This document shows, piece by piece, positions 28,153 to 37,888 of a DNA stretch of 64,000 nucleotides. A program made the translations under genes and the position numbers. Position 1 is the stretch's first letter. The number at the start of each line of letters is the position of its first letter. A model generated the notes under the pieces. That model ran no database searches. It had not been told where the DNA came from and was given only the letters and a program-made list of their open reading frames with translations. The stretch is taken from contig CAXXLZ010000002.1 in NCBI GenBank assembly GCA_963675595.2, positions 2,784,001-2,848,000 on the forward strand, in the 5' to 3' direction. Origin of the DNA: Thermodesulfobacteriota bacterium (GTDB lineage: Bacteria; Desulfobacterota; Desulfarculia; JACQYL01).

Positions 28153-29304
28153 CTACAGCGCACCGATGAGTCGGGCGATGACCAAACGCTGAACCTCGGA
28201 CGTTCCTTCACCGATTTCGAGCAATTTTTGATCCCGATAAAAACGTTCAACATCGTATTCCTGCATGAGGCCGTACCCGCCGTGGAGTTGTACCGCGTGG
28301 TTTACGCATTCCCGCATGACTTCCGAGCAATATAGTTTGGCCATGGCGGAAACCTTGGTGAAATTCTGTCCTGTTTGACAAAGCCAGCACGCCTTGTACA
28401 ACAGGAGCCTGGCGGTTTCGATGGACGTGGCCATGTCCGCCAGCTTGAAGGCGTTCACCTGAAATCGTCCGATGGGCTGCCCAAACTGGATCCTCTCGCC
28501 GGCATATTTCAAGGCCAGATCCAAAGCCCCTTGAGCTCCGCCCAAACCCATGGCTCCGATACTCAACCGACCTCGATCCAGAGTCCCGAGCATCTGCTGG
28601 AAACCTCTGCCTCTCGCACCCAGCAGGTTTTCTTCCGGAACCCGACAATCGTCGAAGTACAATTCACTGGTGTTGCTCGCCCTCCACATCATCTTGTTGT
28701 GCATCGGTCTGGCTGTAAATCCGGGGGTCCCATTCTCCACCAGGACGCAACTCAATTCTTTCTTGCCGTTCTCCCCGGCCCCGGTCTTGCACAGAATGGT
28801 GGAACCCCGGGTAATGTCCGTGGAAGCGTTGGTGATGAAAATCTTGCTCCCGTTGATCACCCATCCTTTACCGTCGGGCTTGGCCGTGGTCTGGGTATTG
28901 CCCGCGTCGGACCCGGCATTGGGCTCCGTGAGTCCGAATCCCCAGAGCGCCTTGCCGGAGCACAAGTCGGGCAGGTACTTCCGTTTCTGCTCTTCGTTTC
29001 CATAATAATACAGGGGGCCGATGCCCAAAGAATTGGCCGCGGCCACCGTGGCCCCGTGAGAACCGTCCACACGAGCCACCTCCTCAACGGCGATGATATA
29101 GGAAAGATAGTCCATTTCCTGGCCGCCGTATTCTTCGGACACGAACATGCCGAAAAGGCCCAACTCCCCCATGGCTTTCATGGTTTCGTAAGAGAATTCC
29201 TCCTTCCGATCCAGCTCTTGGACTACGGGCTTGATCACTTTCAAGGCGAATTCACGAACCGATTTCCTCAAGATTTCCTGTTCCGTGGAAAGCGAGAAAT
29301 CCAT
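28153..29304 (-). CDS. Acyl-CoA dehydrogenase
   Basis: FGLTEPNAGSDA, INGSKIFITN, ERIQFG, QLHGGYG, EIGEGTSEVQR. Confidence 0.93.
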   Translation of the reverse strand: MDFSLSTEQEILRKSVREFALKVIKPVVQELDRKEEFSYETMKAMGELGLFGMFVSEEYGGQEMDYLSYIIAVEEVARVDGSHGATVAAANSLGIGPLYYYGNEEQKRKYLPDLCSGKALWGFGLTEPNAGSDAGNTQTTAKPDGKGWVINGSKIFITNASTDITRGSTILCKTGAGENGKKELSCVLVENGTPGFTARPMHNKMMWRASNTSELYFDDCRVPEENLLGARGRGFQQMLGTLDRGRLSIGAMGLGGAQGALDLALKYAGERIQFGQPIGRFQVNAFKLADMATSIETARLLLYKACWLCQTGQNFTKVSAMAKLYCSEVMRECVNHAVQLHGGYGLMQEYDVERFYRDQKLLEIGEGTSEVQRLVIARLIGAL

Positions 29305-29354
29305 GTCGGCTCCTCTGTGCAATGGGTGGCGGCACCATGGGGGAAAACGAAACG

Positions 29355-29384
29355 ACTATAGGCAGCGGCCCGATGCCCTGTCAA
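29355..29384 (-). promoter_or_regulatory. sigma70 promoter of the acyl-CoA dehydrogenase gene
   Basis: TTGACA-N18-TATAGT on the minus strand. Confidence 0.6.
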
Positions 29385-29680
29385 TCAAAAAGCCGGTGCC
29401 CGTGAACCGCCCATTGCCTTCTTTTGCTTGTTATTTCCACAAGTAAGAGGGCGAAGGCTTCCATGCGGACGGACACGTCGCGCGCAGCGAAGAACCACTG
29501 GAATCGCCTGCCGGAGTTCAGGCCCTCGGCTTGATCTTTGGCCGATCACGAGGTAATGAAAAGAGCCGGGTAAGCGTCTTAGGGGCGTTTTTCCCCGGTA
29601 AGGACGGGTTGGAGCAATCATCCGACCCGGCTCTCAAGCCGCCCGTTCCGGGCTCCATTATCCATCCACGAGGAAACCAC

Positions 29681-30910
29681 ATGTCTTTTCAACGCATATC
29701 CGCCCGGCTCGACCAAATGGTCCCGGAAATGATTGAATGGCAAAGACGACTGACCGCCATCCCGGCTCTCGGCCCGGACAACGGCGGGGACGGAGAAGAA
29801 GAGAAGGCTCGATTCCTGCGGGAGGCGATGAAGGCTCTCCGGCCTGATGAGACCCACGAGATCAATGCACCCGACAAGCGCGTTTCATGCGGTTTTCGCC
29901 CCAATCTCGCCTATATTTGGAAAGGCTCCGATTCAAGCCGCAAAATCTGGGTGCTCACCCACATGGACATTGTGCCTCCGGGCGAACTCCGGCTGTGGGA
30001 CGGCGATCCCTATGTGCTGCGCGTGGCCGGGGACCGAATTCACGGCAGGGGAGTGGAGGACAACCAGCACGATCTGGTTTCTTCGGTCATGGGCGTCAAG
30101 GCGCTTCTCGACGAAGGTCTGCGCCCCAAGTACGACGTGGGCCTGATGTTCGTCTCGGACGAGGAAACCGGAAGTCGGTACGGGCTGAAATATGTCCTTG
30201 AAGAACGGCCCGGCTTCTTCAAGGATCATGACCTCATCGTGGTGCCCGACATGGGCAATGAAGAGGGAACGCTCGTCGAAGTGGCGGAAAAGAGCATGCT
30301 CTGGATGCGCTTTCGAGTTCTCGGAAAGCAATGCCACGCCAGCACGCCTGCAAACGGGGTCAACTCCCTGAAAGCCGCAGCCGGCCTTATTCTGGCTCTG
30401 GACCGACTGCACTCGATTTTCAGCGATCGAGACCCGGTGTTCGATCCTCCTGAAAGTACTTTCGAGTGCACGAAGAAAGAGGCCAACGTCCCCAATGTGA
30501 ACACCATTCCGGGAGAGGACGTATTTTATATGGACAGCCGGATCCTTCCCGGATACGACCTCAAAGACATCCTTGAGGAAGTGGATCGGATCCGCCTGGA
30601 AACGGAAGCGAAATACGGGGTGACCATTGAAGCCGGTCCGGTGATGAACGACCAGGCCGCACCGCCGACGGATCCCGCTTCACCCGTGGTTTTGAGTCTG
30701 GTGGAAGCCGTCAAGGCGGTTACGGGAACCAACGCTGCGCCCGGGGGAGTGGGCGGAGGCACCGTGGCGGCCTTTTTCCGTCGAGCGGGACTTCCCGCGG
30801 CAGTGTGGTGCACATCCAACGATACCGCCCATCAGCCCAACGAATATTGCACCCTGAACTCCATGCTCACGGACGCCAAGGTGTTCGCCCACCTCTTTCT
30901 CAACCCCTGA
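29681..30910 (+). CDS. M20-family metallo-hydrolase (DapE/ArgE-like)
   Basis: THMDIVPPG, GRGVEDN, SDEETGS, AHQPNEY; ATG at 29681 with RBS GAGGA. Confidence 0.88.
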   Translation: MSFQRISARLDQMVPEMIEWQRRLTAIPALGPDNGGDGEEEKARFLREAMKALRPDETHEINAPDKRVSCGFRPNLAYIWKGSDSSRKIWVLTHMDIVPPGELRLWDGDPYVLRVAGDRIHGRGVEDNQHDLVSSVMGVKALLDEGLRPKYDVGLMFVSDEETGSRYGLKYVLEERPGFFKDHDLIVVPDMGNEEGTLVEVAEKSMLWMRFRVLGKQCHASTPANGVNSLKAAAGLILALDRLHSIFSDRDPVFDPPESTFECTKKEANVPNVNTIPGEDVFYMDSRILPGYDLKDILEEVDRIRLETEAKYGVTIEAGPVMNDQAAPPTDPASPVVLSLVEAVKAVTGTNAAPGGVGGGTVAAFFRRAGLPAAVWCTSNDTAHQPNEYCTLNSMLTDAKVFAHLFLNP

Positions 30911-30945
30911 GGCCTGCCGAGAATATTTCCCTGAAAGGAGGCGCT

Positions 30946-31836
30946 ATGCATATTCAATCGCCCGGACGAATCAACGACCGGCTGTTGTTCCTCGGAGACT
31001 CCAAAATCTGCATGTATCTGCTTATGGGGGAAAACTACCTGCTGATCGGTGGAGGCATGTCTTTTTCACCTCCGGCGGTGGAAAAGCAACTGGACGAACA
31101 CGGCATCGACAGAGAGCGCCTGAACGGCCTTCTCATCCTGCATTCCCATTTCGATCACTGCACCGCGGCGCCCTATTTCCGGAAGGCCTATCCCGGATTG
31201 CGCATCTACGCCTCCGGAGAGGCTCGTCGAATTTTCGAGAAACCCAAGGCTGTCGGGCTCATCGCACAATTCGAGGGCCGGGCGCGAGAAAACAGAGGCG
31301 TGCCGCCCGAGTTCAACGGAATTCCCTTGTCGTTCGACGGGCTCCAGGTGGATCAAACCGTGTCGGACGGAGACGTCATCTCCCTGGGAGTTGACCTGTC
31401 CGTTCGAATATTCGAGACGCCCGGACACAGCAAATGCAGTCTGACGGCCTATTCTCCGGAACTCAAGCTCCTCTTTCCGTCCGACGGTGCGCCGCTTCCC
31501 CTGAGGGAAGGAGAGCCGCCCGTGATCATGGCCAACGACGACTTCCCGGCATACATCCGTTCTTTGGAGCGGTTACAGGACCTGGAAACCGAGTACTGCG
31601 CGTTCGAGCACGGCGGAGTGCTGGCAGGAGAGGAAGCTCGAAATTTTGTCAAAGAAGGGCTCGAACAGGCCCGTTACCTTAGGACCAACCTCCAAACGCG
31701 GCTGGCCCACGGCGATTCGGAGACCGACATCGCCGGCGAGATCGCGGCGGACGCCGGACGTGAAGGCAGCCTCGACTTCATCCCCGACGACGTTCTGCAT
31801 CATGTGATTCAACACATGGTGAAAACCGCGAAATAG
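30946..31836 (+). CDS. MBL-fold metallo-hydrolase
   Basis: LHSHFDH, TPGHSKCS, EHGG; RBS AAGGAGG. Confidence 0.85.
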   Translation: MHIQSPGRINDRLLFLGDSKICMYLLMGENYLLIGGGMSFSPPAVEKQLDEHGIDRERLNGLLILHSHFDHCTAAPYFRKAYPGLRIYASGEARRIFEKPKAVGLIAQFEGRARENRGVPPEFNGIPLSFDGLQVDQTVSDGDVISLGVDLSVRIFETPGHSKCSLTAYSPELKLLFPSDGAPLPLREGEPPVIMANDDFPAYIRSLERLQDLETEYCAFEHGGVLAGEEARNFVKEGLEQARYLRTNLQTRLAHGDSETDIAGEIAADAGREGSLDFIPDDVLHHVIQHMVKTAK

Positions 31837-31917
31837 GTCGGTCGAAGATTCCTCTCCGGTCTCCGCGACGGCTCTGACCATGTTGAAAACCGCGGAGACC
31901 GAACCATTTCGCATGCG

Positions 31918-32277
31918 TTACCAGAGCACCACGAACTTCCTGCCTTCCCTAAGTTCTCCCCTGAGTTTTTCCATATGTCTCAGGGAGGCAATTTCCCGTT
32001 CCAGATCCGACGGCTTCAACTGGAGCCGTTCGGCCAAGTCTCGGGGTTCCACACCGCCGGTTTCTTCGAGAATCCGGAGTATGTCGGACTGTAAAGTGCT
32101 CAGATCCGTCGCACCTCCGGACGCGTCTTCCAGGCGTTTGGCGCTGTGGATGGCCCAAGGATCGCAAGTTCGGGACGGAGACAACACGTCCATATAGCAA
32201 TCCTCACAAAGCACTCTTCCGAGATGTTCCCTTTTTTCTTCCGCAGAGACGGCGTCCCCGCAACGATCACATTCCAT
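31918..32277 (-). CDS. Zinc-ribbon (CxxC...CxxC) plus winged-HTH hypothetical protein
   Basis: CDRC..CEDC..CDPWA followed by HTH-like DLAERLQLKPSDLEREIASLRHMEK; RBS AGGAG. Confidence 0.75.
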   Translation of the reverse strand: MECDRCGDAVSAEEKREHLGRVLCEDCYMDVLSPSRTCDPWAIHSAKRLEDASGGATDLSTLQSDILRILEETGGVEPRDLAERLQLKPSDLEREIASLRHMEKLRGELREGRKFVVLW

Positions 32278-32295
32278 CGTTTCTTCTCCTATCGC

Positions 32296-33054
32296 CTATC
32301 GTGCCTGAAGTTCCGGATGGGATTCCAAATTCAGCACCACCACATGGACTTTGCCCGTGTCCTCTTCCACGAGCTGGAGCCTGAGCAGTCGAGCCGTGGG
32401 AGTCTCCCCGGGGAAGAACAGAAAGCCGTGCGCCAGCGTCTTGGGCTCCACCGGCACGTTCTGAAGGCTCTTGTCTCTCAAGTCTGAAATGATTTCCCTC
32501 CGAGCGTCCCCGGAGCCATAGCCTTGCGCCCCTCCAATGACCGCTCCGGCGGCGGCTCCGACCGCAGCGCCCTTGCCCAATGCGGCGGCGACATTACTCC
32601 CGCCCACGATGCCGATGGCGGCTCCCACTATGGCACCGGCGGCCGCTCCAAGAAGGCCGCGATAAGCTCCTTCCTTGACCACGTCCTCGGCACTCGCATG
32701 CTTGGTCGCCCGATCATAGGCCATGTCCCTGGACAAGACGGCCCATAGGTTCCCCTGCTCGTCTTCCAAAAAAGTCTGGGCTCCGTTAATCTTGAGGGGA
32801 TGACTCCCCCGGTTGTTGAAAACCACCTGCACGGGAAGCATGCCCGCGCCGCGGATATCGAAACCGAAGGCATCTTGGGCTTCCTTGGGATCCGCATACG
32901 CTTGGGCCGCCACCATGGCGCCGCCCACCTCCACAACGTTGGCATAGGACTCCGGACTCCTGAAAGGCAACGGTTTGGCTTTGTAGGCCGTGGAGCAACC
33001 GACCAACAACAACACGGCCAGGATCAGGAGCGGCACTCGCATAATCCGGTTCAT
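32296..33054 (-). CDS. Lipoprotein with glycine-zipper domain
   Basis: Lipobox LLVGC; GAAAGAIVGAAIG..GAAVGAAAGAVIGG; RBS GGAGGA. Confidence 0.8.
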   Translation of the reverse strand: MNRIMRVPLLILAVLLLVGCSTAYKAKPLPFRSPESYANVVEVGGAMVAAQAYADPKEAQDAFGFDIRGAGMLPVQVVFNNRGSHPLKINGAQTFLEDEQGNLWAVLSRDMAYDRATKHASAEDVVKEGAYRGLLGAAAGAIVGAAIGIVGGSNVAAALGKGAAVGAAAGAVIGGAQGYGSGDARREIISDLRDKSLQNVPVEPKTLAHGFLFFPGETPTARLLRLQLVEEDTGKVHVVVLNLESHPELQAR

Positions 33055-33448
33055 GAAGCAATCCTCCCCTTGGGTTCCTCGGCTCGAATTTTCAGTGGTC
33101 GAGCCGGAGTTGTCGACCGGAATACAACAGCAGGGCAACGAACCGCACCGTTGCATCCTATTTTGAACAGACCGCCTCCCGGCCAAAGCCGTTTAGACGG
33201 GATTCCGATCTGCTCATTCAAACGTACTCCGGACGGGAATTCAAGGCCTTGCCGTACCGGACCGGGAGCGTCGTTTCCTTGATTTTGTTTGACATGCCGG
33301 GGCTGTTTTGTTACCCACTAGAGATCGAATTAACCCATGGACGAAGGCGGTATGGAATCGAGTTTGGCTCAGGACCCATTCCCTGATCATAGTCGTCGAA
33401 ACGGCTCGCGCACCAACTCCTTCATGCTTGACGGGCAGGGCAGAGGCA

Positions 33449-34819
33449 ATGAACGAGAGAGGCTATCAATTGCTCCAAGACACTGTGGAGCGACTTCTGC
33501 GCCGTCATGCCACGAAGAACCTGACCAAGATACTTAATAAGACCCATCCCGCCGATATCGCACATCTTTTTAGACTCCTCAACGACAGATCCGCCCGCCA
33601 ACTTTTCGAAATCCTCCCGGAAGTCGAAAGCGCACCCTTGATTCTCTCCGAAATGGAGCCTAGAGTTCGCATCGATTTCTTTCATTTCGTGGATCTGAAA
33701 CGCGCCGCGGAGATCCTCTCCGACATGGCTTACGACGATGCGGCCGACCTTCTCGGTGATCTGCCTCAGGAACTCCGCGATCAGATTCTCGCTCTGATGC
33801 CGGACAAGGACACCGAGGAAGTAGCCGAACTCCTCAGCTATCCCGAGGACACGGCCGGCCGGATCATGACCACGGACTTCCTCAACGTCCCCGAAACCAT
33901 GGTGGCGCACGAAGCGGTCCACGAAGTGCGTAAGGCGGCGGAACGAGAGAACGTGTTCTATTTGTACGTCACGGACGGCCAAAAAAGACTGGTGGGCGTC
34001 CTTTCCTTGCGGCAGTTGGTCACCGCACCCGACGACACGCCCATGTCCGGCCTCATGACCAGAGACGTGGTCAAGGTGCGGGTGGACACGGACCAGGAAG
34101 AGGTTGCGCGGATGGTTTCCCGCTACGATCTGCTGGCCGTGCCCGTGGTGGATCACGCGGACGTCCTGGTGGGAATCGTTACGGTGGACGACGTCATCGA
34201 CGTTCTCAAAGAAGAAGCCACCGAAGACATGCTGAAACTCGCCGGTACGTCCGAAGAGGAAATCAGTTCATTCTCCGCGGCGCGAAGCGCAAAGGTTCGT
34301 TCGCCTTGGTTGCTCATCGCATGGATCGAGGGCGTCATCGCGGTCAACATCATCGGGGCCTTCGAGGTTCAATTCAATGCCCATCTACAGTTGTTCGCGG
34401 CTTTGGCCGCCTTTATTCCCATCATCAATGGAATGGGTGGAAACATCGGCACGCAAAGCCTGTCCATCACGCTCCGAGGGCTGGCCACGCACCGCATAGA
34501 CCCGAAACATCTTTGGAGGGTGTTAAGCAAAGAAGTGAGGGTGGGGTTGATGCTGGGGATCGCTTACGGGTGCCTGCTGGGAGTGGTGGGATATTTTCTC
34601 AAGCAGGACGTCATGCTGGGCGTCGTCGTGGGCATCGCCATGTGTACCAACATGACCATTGCGGCATTGGTCGGCACGTTTCTTCCGATTTTGGCGGTCA
34701 AGCTGAAAATCGATCCCGCTGTTGCGTCGGGGCCGTTTATCACGACCAGTATGGATATCCTGGGCGTATCTCTGTATTTTTTTACCGCTTATTTCCTGAT
34801 TGTCCGTCTAGCCCAATGA
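33449..34819 (+). CDS. mgtE: Magnesium transporter MgtE
   Basis: HPADIA, YPEDTAGRIMT, CBS pair, GGNIGTQS, DPAVASGPFITTSMD. Confidence 0.95.
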   Translation: MNERGYQLLQDTVERLLRRHATKNLTKILNKTHPADIAHLFRLLNDRSARQLFEILPEVESAPLILSEMEPRVRIDFFHFVDLKRAAEILSDMAYDDAADLLGDLPQELRDQILALMPDKDTEEVAELLSYPEDTAGRIMTTDFLNVPETMVAHEAVHEVRKAAERENVFYLYVTDGQKRLVGVLSLRQLVTAPDDTPMSGLMTRDVVKVRVDTDQEEVARMVSRYDLLAVPVVDHADVLVGIVTVDDVIDVLKEEATEDMLKLAGTSEEEISSFSAARSAKVRSPWLLIAWIEGVIAVNIIGAFEVQFNAHLQLFAALAAFIPIINGMGGNIGTQSLSITLRGLATHRIDPKHLWRVLSKEVRVGLMLGIAYGCLLGVVGYFLKQDVMLGVVVGIAMCTNMTIAALVGTFLPILAVKLKIDPAVASGPFITTSMDILGVSLYFFTAYFLIVRLAQ

Positions 34820-34846
34820 AAGCGTCGGGCCGTGCTGCGGACGGCC

Positions 34847-35275
34847 TTATTCCTCCGGCGGTTTTTCATAGGGAAAGGGCTCGTCGTAACTCCCCGCCGC
34901 ATTTAGGTCGTCTTCATCCATTGAATCCGTGAGCATGTGGCAAAACCCGTCCAGCAGTCCCCCCAAAGCGATGGAGACGCTCCGCGCTTCCACGTTTCCT
35001 CGAATCCTGCCCGTTGCCCCGACGTTCAGTTGTTCGTAGGCGACGATGTTTCCCTTTACGGATCCGTTGACCATCACCTGGTTCGACACGATGTCCGCTT
35101 CGACCCGGCTTTCCTTGCCCAGGATCACCTGGCCCTTGCTTTCCACTTTGCCCTTGATGTTTCCCTGCACAAGCATACTGTTGTTCAGGAGGATGATCCC
35201 CTCGAACACACAATCCGATCCAATGACCGTTTCTATCTTTTCGTTGTCGACGGACCGCTTTTCCTGTTTCTTCAT
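34847..35275 (-). CDS. Bactofilin (polymer-forming cytoskeletal protein, CcmA family)
   Basis: ETVIGSDCVFEG..VQGNIKGKV..VNGSVKGNI..IRGNV..GGLLDGFCHM beta-helix repeats. Confidence 0.9.
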   Translation of the reverse strand: MKKQEKRSVDNEKIETVIGSDCVFEGIILLNNSMLVQGNIKGKVESKGQVILGKESRVEADIVSNQVMVNGSVKGNIVAYEQLNVGATGRIRGNVEARSVSIALGGLLDGFCHMLTDSMDEDDLNAAGSYDEPFPYEKPPEE

Positions 35276-35304
35276 GCCTTAAGCCCGCAGAGACCTGTGA
35301 AGGG

Positions 35305-36405
35305 TCAGACGCTGAAAGGCCCGAACGCGTTTTCCTCGGACATGGCGGCGATGAGGGCGCCCTTCACGGTACTCGTCAATGGGTCGTCGGCCTTCCGTAC
35401 TTCCGAAATCCGTATGGGCAAACTGTATTCACTGAGTACTTTTTCGAAGGCGTCTCGAAAGCCGTTGGGACACACCGTTCCTCCCGCCAATACCATGGGC
35501 AAGGCGCTCAGGGAAGGAGGCATTTTCTTCTCTTCCTTGAGATGGGCTTCAATGTTGCTCGCCAAATGATGCATCACTTCATTGTAGAAAATGTGGAGCG
35601 CGTTTTCGATGCGGCTGCGCGGACTCCTGCCCAAATCGCACTCGTTTTCCTTGGCCAGACGAACGTCCGTGGGGTTCATATTGAGCACCGTGGCCGCCGA
35701 ATGATCGATATAATCCCCCGCCTTGGGAACCGAAAAAGAGAAAATGGGAAGAGACATGTAGGACAGGCAGACGTTGCACATACCCCCGCCGATGCTGACT
35801 CCGATCCCCGTAAAATTGTTGTCCGAAAGCTCGGAAAGAATCACGGCGTGGCCCTCATTGATCACCTTGACTTGGTACCCCATGGACATCAGGAAATTCC
35901 TGAAGATCGCCTCATGATATACCAGCCGCTCGGCTCCGTTTCTTGGAGCGGCGGGGATGCTCAGACACAGGGATTCACCCAAAGTGGCGGGGCGCTGTAT
36001 CAGGGTTTGAATGATCCGCTCGATCACTTTCTGCCCCAAGTCTTCGGCCGCGTTCAACAAACCGTGTCGCATGGGTCTGCGGGTTTCGGCCATGAACATG
36101 ACGGAGAACTTTTCGGCCGCGTTGCCCATGATATACATCTGGTTCCCGTCGGCGAAATAGTCCACGCGGTTCTTGTCCAGAATATCCAGGGCGAATTGGA
36201 CGTAAGGAACCGTGAAGAAAGCATTGAGCTGCCGTTTGGTCTCGATAACTTCGCCCTTCTTCTGACACATGACGATATAGCACGTGCCGATATCCAGACC
36301 CACGGGGCCCGTGGGACCCTCAGGCTTCTCATCAACGGCCTTCTCGGTGCTGACGATTGTCGCTTCAGACACGTTCATCGCTGTTTCTCTAAGGTCTTCG
36401 GTCAT
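35305..36405 (-). CDS. Actin-fold ATPase, volactin (VolA)-like
   Basis: Actin motifs GLDIGT, INEGHAV, SIGGGMCNV, LAGGT and GALIAA. ETRRPMRHG and ELSDNNFTGIG match recalled haloarchaeal volactin segments. RBS GGGAGG. Confidence 0.8.
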   Translation of the reverse strand: MTEDLRETAMNVSEATIVSTEKAVDEKPEGPTGPVGLDIGTCYIVMCQKKGEVIETKRQLNAFFTVPYVQFALDILDKNRVDYFADGNQMYIMGNAAEKFSVMFMAETRRPMRHGLLNAAEDLGQKVIERIIQTLIQRPATLGESLCLSIPAAPRNGAERLVYHEAIFRNFLMSMGYQVKVINEGHAVILSELSDNNFTGIGVSIGGGMCNVCLSYMSLPIFSFSVPKAGDYIDHSAATVLNMNPTDVRLAKENECDLGRSPRSRIENALHIFYNEVMHHLASNIEAHLKEEKKMPPSLSALPMVLAGGTVCPNGFRDAFEKVLSEYSLPIRISEVRKADDPLTSTVKGALIAAMSEENAFGPFSV

Positions 36406-36508
36406 CGGACCCTCCCCTTCCCCTCATCGAGTCTCATGATTCGGTCGCCGCCTGGTCGGACCATTAGCTTTGCCTCTCCGATATAACCGACTGGTAACCA
36501 TCGATCCG

Positions 36509-37888
36509 TTATCTGCACGCGGCCAGTTCTTCTTCCTTTTCCCGAAGGCTCTTGGACAGCGAGCCGTACTGCAAATTCCACCGCGCCAGTTCTTCACTCT
36601 GTCTTTGCTTCTCGAGTTCGAGCCTTTCCGCCAGTTTTTCCTTCGCTTCCACCGCCCGAATGATTTCTTCTTCCACGTTTCGAAGCCTGATCTCGAGCGC
36701 GCGGTTCACCCTCACCAACTTTGCGGCCCGGTTTCGCCACTCGGCCGCCTTGGCGTAGATCTCCACCTCGGTCAACTCCCGGGTCAAATCATCGGCCGAG
36801 ATTTCCGGCATCTCCTCCAATCCCTTGACCCCCTTAAACTCTTCCACCTGTTCCGCAAGGGATCGGTTCTCCTCGATCAAACGCTCCTGTTCCGTCCGCG
36901 CTGCATCGAAACGAGACCGGAGGCTTTCACATTCCGCCTCGACGCTCAGTAACCTTGCCAGACATTGGTCCTTGATCGAAGTCTCCTGCGACAGCCGTAA
37001 GCGCAGGGAGCTCACATCTTCAAGGCTCTCGGCATGCTCCTGTTCCAGCGTCTGCAATCGTGCGCCGAGATCAATACTTTCCGATTGGAATCGTTCGAGA
37101 TCGGCCGACATCCGAGACACTCGTTGCTCCGCCTCGGCGGATTCATTTTGAGCCCGAGAAAGTTCTTGAGCAAGCCGGTCCCGTTCCTCGGACAGCTCGG
37201 AAACTTGGGAATTGAGAACGTCGTTTTCTTCCCGATACAAGAGGCAATCCTCGGCGGCCCGTTTGCCGGCTTCCGCCTCCTCCGCCACCTTCTCATTCAA
37301 ATATTGGATTTGCTGCTCGGCCTCGGCAAGGTGTTTCAGAGCCCGAACAAGTCGTTCCTCTTCGGATTCGGAAACCTCCGCCGGATTCTCCTGCTGCGAG
37401 GTCAGTCGTTGGTACTGATCTTTGGCTCTTTCGATCTTTTCGGCGTCGGTCAATCGCTCCTTGGCCGGTTCGTGGGCAAGACCGGCGATGCCCTCCTTGT
37501 GCTTTTCCTTGAGCTGGCCAAACAGCTTGACGCCGCCCTTCACCACCTCGATAAAAGTCGAATTGGTCAACGGTTCCGTGAGGTAACGATGGATATGGCC
37601 TTCGTTCATCGCTTCGGAAACTCGGAGGTTGAGAGAGGGCGTGATCAGGATACGGACCACCCAGGGGCGGAGGTCTTTGAGCGATGCAAATAGTTCGGAC
37701 CAGGGAAGCCCGGGGAGATCGGCGTCGGCAATCACCACCTGAACATCGGATTTTTCTATCAGCTCGATGACTTTTGAGGCATCCTTGGCCGTGAAAACAT
37801 CGAAAACTGCTGGAAGGGCGTTGGCCAAAGTTTTCGCCATTCCCGGATTCCTGTGCGCTATGACGACGCGTGGTCTTCGGATGTCCAT
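36509..37888 (-). CDS. Atypical receiver domain plus long coiled-coil protein
   Basis: N-terminal ~125 aa REC fold (VVIADADLPG, RILIT, RYLTEP) followed by ~300 aa of E/R/L/Q-rich heptad sequence. Confidence 0.8.
   Translation of the reverse strand: MDIRRPRVVIAHRNPGMAKTLANALPAVFDVFTAKDASKVIELIEKSDVQVVIADADLPGLPWSELFASLKDLRPWVVRILITPSLNLRVSEAMNEGHIHRYLTEPLTNSTFIEVVKGGVKLFGQLKEKHKEGIAGLAHEPAKERLTDAEKIERAKDQYQRLTSQQENPAEVSESEEERLVRALKHLAEAEQQIQYLNEKVAEEAEAGKRAAEDCLLYREENDVLNSQVSELSEERDRLAQELSRAQNESAEAEQRVSRMSADLERFQSESIDLGARLQTLEQEHAESLEDVSSLRLRLSQETSIKDQCLARLLSVEAECESLRSRFDAARTEQERLIEENRSLAEQVEEFKGVKGLEEMPEISADDLTRELTEVEIYAKAAEWRNRAAKLVRVNRALEIRLRNVEEEIIRAVEAKEKLAERLELEKQRQSEELARWNLQYGSLSKSLREKEEELAACR

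Noticed and set aside
35305-36405. Magnetosome MamK or plasmid ParM assignment
   Set aside because: No mam genes, centromere repeats or replicon features nearby; the motifs fit volactin better
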